NCBI GenBank assembly: GCA_951812955.1
Contig: OX638340.1
Coordinates: forward strand, 1,760,001-1,824,000
Direction of reading: 5' to 3'
DNA: 64,000 nt
Source: an uncultured Gemmatimonadota bacterium
GTDB taxonomy: Bacteria > JAAXHH01
Below, in pieces: positions 56,970 to 64,000 of the stretch; the first letter of the stretch is position 1, and every line of letters begins with the position of its first letter. Both the position numbers and the translations under genes were made by a program. The notes beneath the pieces were generated by a model. It was not told where the DNA came from. It saw nothing but the letters and a program-made list of their open reading frames with translations, and did not search any database.

Positions 56970-57452
56970 ATGAACAACAGCGACACGTGCATAACATGCG
57001 AAATGACGGCGCGAAGAAGGCAGGGGCAGGCGCCGCTCTGGGATCACATCTATCAGACCGAGTTCTGGGACGTCGTGCATGCATACAACTCGGCTCTGCC
57101 CGGGTGGTTGGTGTTGGTGGTGCAGCGTCACATCGAATCGCTCGACGAACTTACTGAGCAGGAAGCCGCTGAATTGGGCCACCTGATTCGCCGTGTCTCG
57201 CTGTCAATGAAGAGCGTAATCGGATGTATGAAAACATACGTCATACAATTCTCCGAGGCCAGACAACACCCGCATGTGCATTTCCATATCGTACCACGAA
57301 TGGCTGATCAACCGCCCGAGCGGCGAAGTACTGGAATCATGGGCTATCGGGGGGTCTCTAGGGAGGAGCGAATCAGTGAAGGCCGAATGAATGAAATCGG
57401 TGCTGAGATCAGAAGCCATCTGTCTTCACAGAGCCATGAACTTCCATTCTAG
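56970..57452 (+). CDS. HIT family (histidine triad) protein
   Basis: HVHFHIVPR histidine-triad motif; N-terminal CxxC-like CITCEM. Confidence 0.8.
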   Translation: MNNSDTCITCEMTARRRQGQAPLWDHIYQTEFWDVVHAYNSALPGWLVLVVQRHIESLDELTEQEAAELGHLIRRVSLSMKSVIGCMKTYVIQFSEARQHPHVHFHIVPRMADQPPERRSTGIMGYRGVSREERISEGRMNEIGAEIRSHLSSQSHELPF

Positions 57453-57744
57453 TTCTTCGAGATGTCACTCCAGCCTGACGTCGAAGCGCCCGATTCTCTG
57501 CGGTTCCGACTGCTGTGAGCCACCACTTCCGCGCTGCACGTTCATGCTCCAGACTGCCAGTTTCGTCATCGTTCACTTCCCTCAGCGTTAATCGGCGCAT
57601 CGAATTGACCCGGTGGGTTTCGCTGGGTACGCCCTAGCCGTCCTTGAGGCTGGCGACCAAAAGACCGAGGATCTTTCCCGGGACCGTGACTCGGCTACGA
57701 CCGGCCACGGAGCCGCGCCAACGCCCAACACGATGTCAATAATT

Positions 57745-57773
57745 CTTGACATGCAAGGTGATGTCTAGTAATT
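57745..57773 (+). promoter_or_regulatory. Sigma-70-like promoter (TTGACA-17-TAATTT) with an overlapping inverted repeat gacat-N8-atgtc upstream of the membrane-protein/XRE pair
   Basis: ttgacatgcaaggtgatgtctagtaattt read directly. AT-rich intergenic region about 50 bp upstream of ATG 57825; GGGAGA RBS. Confidence 0.4.
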
Positions 57774-57824
57774 TTTACAACATGTCAACTATATTAGTCA
57801 TTTTATCAGAATTGGGAGACTCTC

Positions 57825-58244
57825 ATGGATATGTCCTTTGAAGAGAAGAGCGTCTGGATTCAACTCTTCAGTCTCGTCGTCGGCCTGGGCGGCTACCTGG
57901 TAGTCGCCGGCCTAATGCTGTCGAACGGAGTCAGTGCTTTGCCGCCCTTCGTGCCGGTCTTTGCCGTGGCGGTCGTCCTCATCGTGGCCGTCAATATCGC
58001 AGGACACGTCGTCGCGGCGATCACCAACCGGTCGGACGAGGCCGACGAGCGCGATCGGCTTATCGGCTGTCGCGCAGAGAGCGGGTCGTCGTGGATCCTG
58101 GGCGTCGGAGTCATTGGCGCGATCCTGTCGCTGATCCTGTCGGTCGGCGGCGTCTGGGTGGCGCACCTGCTCCTCATCTCGCTGTTCGGTTCCGAGGTGA
58201 CTAAGGATGTGTTGCAGATAGCCTACTACCGTCGGGGGATCTGA
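57825..58244 (+). CDS. Small integral membrane protein (DUF2178-like), partner of the XRE regulator
   Basis: Four hydrophobic helices; the gene abuts an XRE-type HTH gene (2-bp gap), a common arrangement. Confidence 0.55.
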   Translation: MDMSFEEKSVWIQLFSLVVGLGGYLVVAGLMLSNGVSALPPFVPVFAVAVVLIVAVNIAGHVVAAITNRSDEADERDRLIGCRAESGSSWILGVGVIGAILSLILSVGGVWVAHLLLISLFGSEVTKDVLQIAYYRRGI

Positions 58245-58246
58245 AC

Positions 58247-58492
58247 GTGACTCAGTCGGGGATTAGCATCCGCAACCAGATCCGGACCCTGCGGTTCCAC
58301 CACGGCGAGATGACGCAGCAGAAACTCGCCGACCAGGTCGGCGTCACCCGGCAGACGGTAAACGCGATCGAGGGTGGCAAGTATTCGCCATCGCTCGAGG
58401 TCGCGTTTCGGATTGCCCACGTGTTCGGCAAGCCGCTCGAAGAAGTGTTTCAGTACGTCGCAGCGTCCCGGGTGACGGCGACAAACTCGTGA
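58247..58492 (+). CDS. XRE family helix-turn-helix transcriptional regulator
   Basis: MTQQKLADQVGVTRQTVNAIEGGKYSPSLEVAFRIAHVFGKPLEEVF is a canonical HTH_XRE domain. Confidence 0.85.
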   Translation: MTQSGISIRNQIRTLRFHHGEMTQQKLADQVGVTRQTVNAIEGGKYSPSLEVAFRIAHVFGKPLEEVFQYVAASRVTATNS

Positions 58493-58698
58493 GGCCGCAG
58501 GGAGGGTACAGCGGACCTTTGTGCTGTCTGTCGATATAATCGAAACCATTTAGTCGTACCGGCTTCGGCCGATGGTGAAGCCAGACAGGATGCGCTGCCG
58601 CTTGCCGATTTAGAGTCAGGCTAAGCACTGGCGTGGTTTACGCGGCCCCGCAACAACCACGGGGCCGCGATGGACCTGTTCACGATCCGAGTCAATCC

Positions 58699-59475
58699 TT
58701 ACCTCGCAGTTTGGATCGTCCGGACCGTTCCTGTGAAAAGGGACGGCGGATCTAGCCGCCATACGCGGGACTCGTCCGCGACCTTTATCAGGTGGGTATA
58801 TGTTCCGTCCTCTGAATCCAATACCTCTTCAGACCGGTGAGCGGGATCGGGGGTTAGCCCAGGGTATTCTCCCATAGATTCGGACGGCGCTGAATGCCGG
58901 GTGGACGCATCATACACCAGCGTAAGGTTGAAGAACTCCGGTTTGCTTTCCGATTTACCGTCACTGGCGTAGATAACAGCCGGCAGTACGGGAACGGTAC
59001 CGGTGTTACCGTAGACGGATGCAAACTCGGACGGCGCTACGTTTCCGTGAGGCAGAATGAGGAATCGATTACCGTCCCGCGTAATCTGAAGCAGGGCTTC
59101 CTCGGGCGATCGAATGCCCAGCTTTCCGGGAATTGCTATGCCGAAACGGTAAGTTAGGAGGTCTTCCTCATAGTCTGTCGCCGGCTCTCCCTCAAATTCC
59201 AGGATAGCCCCGGGCCCTCCGGGGAACAGGACGACGCGGGAACGATCATCGAACGGACTGCTCACAACCGGAGGGTGGTTGGGGCCGTGATGCACCAGTT
59301 TAACCACTGATTTCGGGTTGAAATCGACCGGTACCGATTGCGCATGCTGCGCCGGTTCGGTCGACTGCTCAGGTGGTGTCGACTGCACTGGACTGGAGAA
59401 ACCGATCCAGACGATCACGAACGTCACCGCGAGTAACGGGGCAAAGAAGTAGTTAGTCAGGATAGACCGTGACAT
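58699..59475 (-). CDS. Secreted/membrane-anchored protein with a cadherin-like domain (short paralog)
   Basis: Trimmed to ATG 59475 (AAGGAG RBS). Signal-anchor MSRSILTNYFFAPLLAVTFVIVWIGF. The region HHGPNHPPV...EGEPATDYEEDLLTYRF...AVIYASDGKSESKPEFFNLTLVYDAS is paralogous to the N-terminal domain of the 749-aa neighbour. Confidence 0.5.
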   Translation of the reverse strand: MSRSILTNYFFAPLLAVTFVIVWIGFSSPVQSTPPEQSTEPAQHAQSVPVDFNPKSVVKLVHHGPNHPPVVSSPFDDRSRVVLFPGGPGAILEFEGEPATDYEEDLLTYRFGIAIPGKLGIRSPEEALLQITRDGNRFLILPHGNVAPSEFASVYGNTGTVPVLPAVIYASDGKSESKPEFFNLTLVYDASTRHSAPSESMGEYPGLTPDPAHRSEEVLDSEDGTYTHLIKVADESRVWRLDPPSLFTGTVRTIQTAR

Positions 59476-59512
59476 TGGTAGCTCCTTGTTGAATTGTGAG
59501 TGAGAATCGCCA

Positions 59513-61762
59513 TCACAAACATCCATCGATCCGGTGATCCAAATCATCCGGGAGTCCGTTCTGTTGCAGATCCGCTGCCATGCCGGTTGCAACGGCGTTG
59601 ATGGACCCCTCGGTCAACTGGATGTCACCGCCAGCAACTCCGACACCGTTTGTGTCAAGGTCGTGCAAGCGTACCCTGTACTGAAAGTAGAGCTTATTCG
59701 TACCCGTTCCGTGTGTGTACCGAGCTTCCTTCCGATCCGGGTAGTCCACCTCGAGCCACAAGTACAGTTCGGTTGATGCCATTACCTCGACCGGTTCACT
59801 GAATTCCACTTCAACCTCTATGGTTTCTCCCCTGTCATAGTAGACTTCGTGTAAGGGGGTGGAGGATATCCTCAGGCCTATGATATACGGGAACGTAGGC
59901 TGGTTCCTCAGAATCACCGTCGCGGAGGCCGGAGAATCGGCGGTTACGTTTGATGGGAGATCAGCAAACGTCAACCGGATGGATTCTCCCCTCCCTTCAC
60001 GCTCGTCTGATTCCGAAACCGATACGACCGTGAAGGTCTTTACGGATTCATGAGGCTGAAAGGTTATACCTGGTGGTACGCCGGAGTAGTCTTCGGGCCC
60101 GGCGCCGTTTTCCTCTGTGACGGAGACCGGGACGGTGACCGGCAGGTACAACGGTGGCGGATCCAAGCGCACCTCGATTTCCACGCGGTCTGCGTTTCCA
60201 TCAACGGCGGTGTACTGAGAAGTTCCAAAGTGCACGGTGTGCATGTACTTGCCCGTTTCAACGATCTCAGACCACTCACCGGGGCCCTCTCGATTGTTGC
60301 CGCGGACCTGTACCTCGTAAGCCGCTTCCGTTAGTCCCTCGACTGTTGCGGAATCATTCATCGGCAGGCCGGCTGTATTTTCCGTCCAGGCCGACGTACC
60401 GGCCTCACGGTAACGATAGTCGTAGCCGGTCACCTCGAATCCGGAAGGGAATGGCGCCAGCGTGTCGTTATCCATATAACCCTCTGGCTCTGTCCAGAAG
60501 ATTTTGAACACCGTGTCTCCCGTTTCAGGTGTCCCGTGATACGAAGCGTTTAAGATTCCAGGAGGCGCGGGTACGCCCACGTCCCTGACCCTTATGGCGA
60601 AGTCAAGCACCGATCCGTTGCACCCTGTCGGGTTTCCTTCATTCTCGATGTAATTGATGTTATGCGTGTTTACCGCGCGTAAGCGGTATATGTTGTCCCC
60701 ATCCTCGTCACCCGGCGCTTCGAAGTCCGGAGGCGAATTGAAGGACAATCGCACGGTTCCTGAAGTTGCCCCGGTCTCTGATGCAACGGCAAACAGGTTA
60801 TTGTCCTCGCCCCCTTCCTCGAAACTGTAAAAGCCTGTGAACGTCAGGATCTCGCATCGGATCGTACCAGGCGCGCGGACCAGCCTCCAGTCACGTTGCC
60901 CGGCCGTCACCCCTGTCCACGCGGGGAACGTCCCGCCGGCCGGCTCCGATGTCCCCTCGTACCAATCTATGGGTTCCGGGTACTCCCAGCGCTGATCGCC
61001 CACGTATTCTGCCGGTGCCGAGAACTGGGCTGAGCCGTCGTAGATTATGTCCAGGTTGTACACTTCCGGACTGCTTTCGGCGTTTCCGTCGCTGGCGTAA
61101 ACCGCGGCCGGTAGACCGGAGATGCTGGCGTGCGCACCGTATACCGCGCGGAACTCGGCCGGCGTGATGTCGCCATCCGGAAGGATTTCGAAGTTGTTGC
61201 CCGACCGGGTAATCCGCAACAGGGCCTCTTCCGGTGTCTGGAGGCCGGTCATGCCGAATAGCGCAAAAGCGACACGGTAGGTTAGCTCATCACCATCCGG
61301 GTCGCTCGCCGGTTCTCCCGAAAACTCAACCAGGGCCGCAGGCCCCCTGGGGAAGAGAAGGACCCGGGACTCGTTTGGAATGTGCGAATTCATCACCGGG
61401 GGATGGTTGGACCCGTGATGCCTGGGTTCGAGCGTGAATCGCGGATTGCTGGCGCCGGACGTAACTTCGCCACTCGCAAATCGTGCGGAACCGGCGGCTT
61501 CACCGCTAGCATCGGTAAGCACGCTTTGTACACGGGGATTTCGCGAGGCAAGATCAGGCTGATGCTCTGAAGTCACACCGATCGAATTACCAGCAGCAGT
61601 ATCAGCAGTAACTCTTTGAGTTGGCTGCGCAGGCGGTGTCGCCTTTGCCGACTGCGTTGGTTCCGTCGATCGCATCGGGTTGGAGGATTTCCCACAGGAA
61701 ACCGCGAGCGTGACTGCGAGCATCGTTACTAGTGCGAAGAAATATCTGGTAGGCCATAGCAT
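59513..61762 (-). CDS. Large secreted multidomain surface protein (signal peptide/possible lipoprotein, cadherin-like domain, FN3-like, Calx-beta-like)
   Basis: N-terminus MLWPTRYFFALVTMLAVTLAVSCGKSS. SGEPASDPDGDELTYRV (cadherin-like DxDxDxLTY). YDYRYREAGTSAWTEN...YEVQVRGNNREGPGEWS (FN3-like). VTVPVSVTEENGAGPEDYSGVP...ESDEREGRGESIRLTF (Calx-beta-like). Confidence 0.55.
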   Translation of the reverse strand: MLWPTRYFFALVTMLAVTLAVSCGKSSNPMRSTEPTQSAKATPPAQPTQRVTADTAAGNSIGVTSEHQPDLASRNPRVQSVLTDASGEAAGSARFASGEVTSGASNPRFTLEPRHHGSNHPPVMNSHIPNESRVLLFPRGPAALVEFSGEPASDPDGDELTYRVAFALFGMTGLQTPEEALLRITRSGNNFEILPDGDITPAEFRAVYGAHASISGLPAAVYASDGNAESSPEVYNLDIIYDGSAQFSAPAEYVGDQRWEYPEPIDWYEGTSEPAGGTFPAWTGVTAGQRDWRLVRAPGTIRCEILTFTGFYSFEEGGEDNNLFAVASETGATSGTVRLSFNSPPDFEAPGDEDGDNIYRLRAVNTHNINYIENEGNPTGCNGSVLDFAIRVRDVGVPAPPGILNASYHGTPETGDTVFKIFWTEPEGYMDNDTLAPFPSGFEVTGYDYRYREAGTSAWTENTAGLPMNDSATVEGLTEAAYEVQVRGNNREGPGEWSEIVETGKYMHTVHFGTSQYTAVDGNADRVEIEVRLDPPPLYLPVTVPVSVTEENGAGPEDYSGVPPGITFQPHESVKTFTVVSVSESDEREGRGESIRLTFADLPSNVTADSPASATVILRNQPTFPYIIGLRISSTPLHEVYYDRGETIEVEVEFSEPVEVMASTELYLWLEVDYPDRKEARYTHGTGTNKLYFQYRVRLHDLDTNGVGVAGGDIQLTEGSINAVATGMAADLQQNGLPDDLDHRIDGCL

Positions 61763-62185
61763 AGGTAGCTCCCAAGTTGCTGAGTGAGGGAATTGGGAAG
61801 GAACTACGACTATGAAGGCCGGGAGGGGATCTTGACTGCCAACGTCGGGGAATTAGATCAGATGAAGCGATTTTGCCATGGGAGTCGTTTGTGGTATGTA
61901 TGAATTCAGGTAGGTATGGGAGTATCAGTGCGGTGCCGGGCAGTGAATTGAGGTGATGTCCACAAATTCGGATCAACCTGTCCAGCGACAGTTTGCCCTG
62001 CATGAACGAGAAGCATTTGCCCACCCAGTTACCGACCATGGCCTTTACCTCGCGGACGTGTCGTGACTGACGGCGTCTCTACCCCGTTTAACTAACGTGG
62101 TCGGTCGCGAGTTCCCATGAAACTGTTACATTTGTAAAAGAAACAGTTAACAATTGCAGACCGGGTCGGTAAAATCTGCTGCAAA

Positions 62186-63409
62186 TCAGGAATTTGAAAC
62201 ATTGGGCGGCCGCAACCCGACATATTTGGCCCGCGGCCGAATCAACTGGTCCCTTTCGTACTGCTCGATCGCGTGTCCGATCCAGCCGGCGGTGCGGCCC
62301 AGGGCGAACAGGGCCATGGCGCTTCCTTCGGGCATCTTAAGGACGCGAACCAGCGCCGTAAGGGCCAGGTCGATGTTGTACCTGTCCGGAATGAGCCGGT
62401 GGGTCGTATCGATGATTTCACGGGCAAGCTGCAGATCCTTCGAACCCGGAAATCGATCTTCCAGCTTGTGCAACAGCAGGCTCGCTCTCGGGTCCTCGCC
62501 GCGGTAAACGGCGTGCCCGAACCCTGGAATCTTCTCGCCAAGCCGCAGCCGGTGGGCGATCGCCAGTTCAGTGCTACCGGCCGATTCCACCTCTTGGAAC
62601 AGCGATTCGACGCGCTCGCTGGCCGCGCCGTGCTTATAGCCGCGCAGTGCGGCGAGTCCCGCGCAGACCGCGCTATAGGGCGTCGTACCTGCCGACGCGG
62701 CGCATCGCACCGTGAAGGTCGATACATTCAACTCGTGATCCGCGAACAGTACCAGCGTCGTATTGATCAACTCCGCCGCGCCATCTATATCCGCGGCCCA
62801 GGCCCTTCGCAAGGCCTGGGCGATCCCGCCCATCGGGTCTACGCCCGTGGCCACCCCCGTCATGAACCAGAGAATCCGCATGCCCGTAGCGGCGACCGCG
62901 TCCCTTCGCAGGTCCAGTGCGGCCAGGTCATCCGCCTCCGCAAGGGGCAGCAATGTTTGAAAGCGTTCGACGGGCTTCAGCGACTTCATTTTCAACCAGG
63001 ATTCCCGAAAATCTCTCTGGTAGGTATTTGAGAAAATCGGAAAGGAGAATCGTTTGTCTCCCGTCCAGATCAGTGCAGCGACGCGCTCAAACGATTCTTT
63101 CGCCGCAAGTATCGTCGCGTCGCGCCCTCTGTAAAACAACCTTTCGTCGGTGATCAGGGTAATGGCCGATTCAAGGATGGGATCTCCTGTATGCAAGGCG
63201 CGCTTGACCGCCCAGCCCGGATTCTGGCGGGCTTTCTTACGGGCCTTCAACCGCTCGATATCTTCACTGCGGTACAAACGCGTCCGCCGGCCGTCTCCGC
63301 TTTCTTCGGATCGGATCATGCCCCGGCTGACGTACGCATATAGTGTCGACGGATTGATGTTCAGTACGGAAGCCGCCTCGGTGGATGTCATGTATCTTCG
63401 GCTGTTCAT
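62186..63409 (-). CDS. Citrate synthase-family protein fused to an N-terminal MerR/excisionase-type HTH domain
   Basis: N-terminus MTSTEAASVLNINPSTLYAYVSRGMI (HTH_17-like). C-terminal GFGHAVYRGEDPRA and the citrate-synthase small/large domain pattern. Confidence 0.7.
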   Translation of the reverse strand: MNSRRYMTSTEAASVLNINPSTLYAYVSRGMIRSEESGDGRRTRLYRSEDIERLKARKKARQNPGWAVKRALHTGDPILESAITLITDERLFYRGRDATILAAKESFERVAALIWTGDKRFSFPIFSNTYQRDFRESWLKMKSLKPVERFQTLLPLAEADDLAALDLRRDAVAATGMRILWFMTGVATGVDPMGGIAQALRRAWAADIDGAAELINTTLVLFADHELNVSTFTVRCAASAGTTPYSAVCAGLAALRGYKHGAASERVESLFQEVESAGSTELAIAHRLRLGEKIPGFGHAVYRGEDPRASLLLHKLEDRFPGSKDLQLAREIIDTTHRLIPDRYNIDLALTALVRVLKMPEGSAMALFALGRTAGWIGHAIEQYERDQLIRPRAKYVGLRPPNVSNS

Positions 63410-63444
63410 GAATTAGTCCTCTCGAAAATGAGCTGTTTGGCGGA

Positions 63445-63520
63445 CTGGGCCCGTGGCGTCACGGACGGGCCTGAGGTGTCAATGGCGGGCGCGTGGCGTC
63501 AATGGCGGGCCCGTGGTGGT
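63445..63520. repeat. GC-rich short direct repeats (cgtggcgtca and tcaatggcgggc, each twice) upstream of the citrate-synthase-like gene, next to an AT-rich palindromic divergent promoter region (63560-63700)
   Basis: Read directly: ...ggcccgtggcgtcacggacgggcctgaggtgtcaatggcgggcgcgtggcgtcaatggcgggcccgtgg... Confidence 0.5.
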
Positions 63521-63706
63521 TCCGGCCGCGGACGGTATGTAAGGTGCGCCGGATTTGCGAGGTGCGCCTTCTATTTATCCCAATTCGAAAATAGATGTTG
63601 ATTGATATTTTAATCAATATTGACAATATATCAAAACGCTTTTTTGTTATATACTGACCGGCCAGAGACGCGCAACGTTCAATCTGACTAGAACAGGAGC
63701 ATTGCT

Positions 63707-64000
63707 TTGCATCATATCGCGGTATTGCCCGGTGACGGGATAGGTCCGGAAATTACTCGAGAAGCGGTAAAAGTACTGAAGGTTGTCGGCAGGTACCACC
63801 ACCTGGATCTTGCCTTCTCCCATCATCTCATAGGAGGAGCTTCGATAGACGCCCGTGGCGATGCGCTTTCTAAAGAGGTAGTTTTACATGCAAGCAAAGT
63901 GACGCGGTCCTTTTCGGCGCGGTGGGCGGCCCCAAATGGGACCACCTCGACATGGCAGACCGGGCGGATCAATCCCTTATTCGTTTAAGGCAGGAACTGG
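63707..64000 (+). CDS. leuB: 3-isopropylmalate dehydrogenase LeuB, 5' part, with an apparent 1-nt frameshift near 63895
   Basis: [24 protein letters not shown] is the LeuB/ICDH N-terminal signature. After ...[11 protein letters not shown] the +1 frame continues [34 protein letters not shown] (conserved LeuB sequence) to the window end. Confidence 0.75.

Noticed and set aside
1-64000. Scan for CRISPR arrays, rRNA and tRNA genes
   Set aside because: No spacer-interleaved direct repeats, no tRNA-like T-arm motif (GGTTCGAATCC) and no rRNA-like conserved stretches were seen by eye. Absence cannot be proven without tRNAscan/Infernal.

Overview
This window is a mosaic. The backbone is high-GC DNA (clearly above 60% by eye) densely packed with metabolic genes. 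Into it are inserted several AT-rich patches, the largest being a ~15.5-kb low-GC island at ~11284-26756 between a membrane-protein gene and xth.

Backbone genes: a partial Rieske protein, a winged-helix regulator, a D-2-hydroxyacid dehydrogenase and folD. A co-oriented oxidative cluster follows (HpaB-family flavin monooxygenase, SDR, PhyH-type dioxygenase, class I glutamine amidotransferase). Further along are an Ntn asparaginase, three more PhyH-family dioxygenases, two tandem paralogous genes I tentatively assign to the DUF2961/GH172 family, a CBM9-like protein, a Cys-type sulfatase, parC-like topoisomerase IV subunit A, a tandem-MBL hydrolase, hisG-hisC, several HAD hydrolases, two APH-like kinases and NUDIX, HIT, IMPase, metallophosphoesterase, SAM-MTase and GNAT genes. 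There is also an ECF sigma factor, a paralogous pair of cadherin-like/Calx-beta surface proteins, a citrate-synthase-like protein with an N-terminal HTH, and the 5' end of leuB, which carries an apparent 1-nt frameshift. Toxin-antitoxin genes recur: vapBC, a complete higBA, an orphan higA and an orphan BrnA-like antitoxin.

The island carries a type I restriction-modification (RM) system in the unusual order hsdR - vapBC - hsdS - truncated Schlafen-like HATPase_c_4 protein - hsdM. Downstream is a still lower-GC block containing a 722-aa protein that combines a NERD-like PD-(D/E)xK nuclease motif with a C-terminal SEC-C zinc motif, then a translationally coupled operon of a ComEC-like MBL-fold hydrolase and a small 4-TM membrane protein. 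A run of short RBS-preceded ORFs and a decayed IS1-family transposase complete the island. I consider the NERD/SEC-C protein and the MBL + membrane pair the best candidates for undescribed defence modules.

No rRNA, tRNA or CRISPR array was seen. Many long ORFs antisense to high-GC genes were judged spurious.
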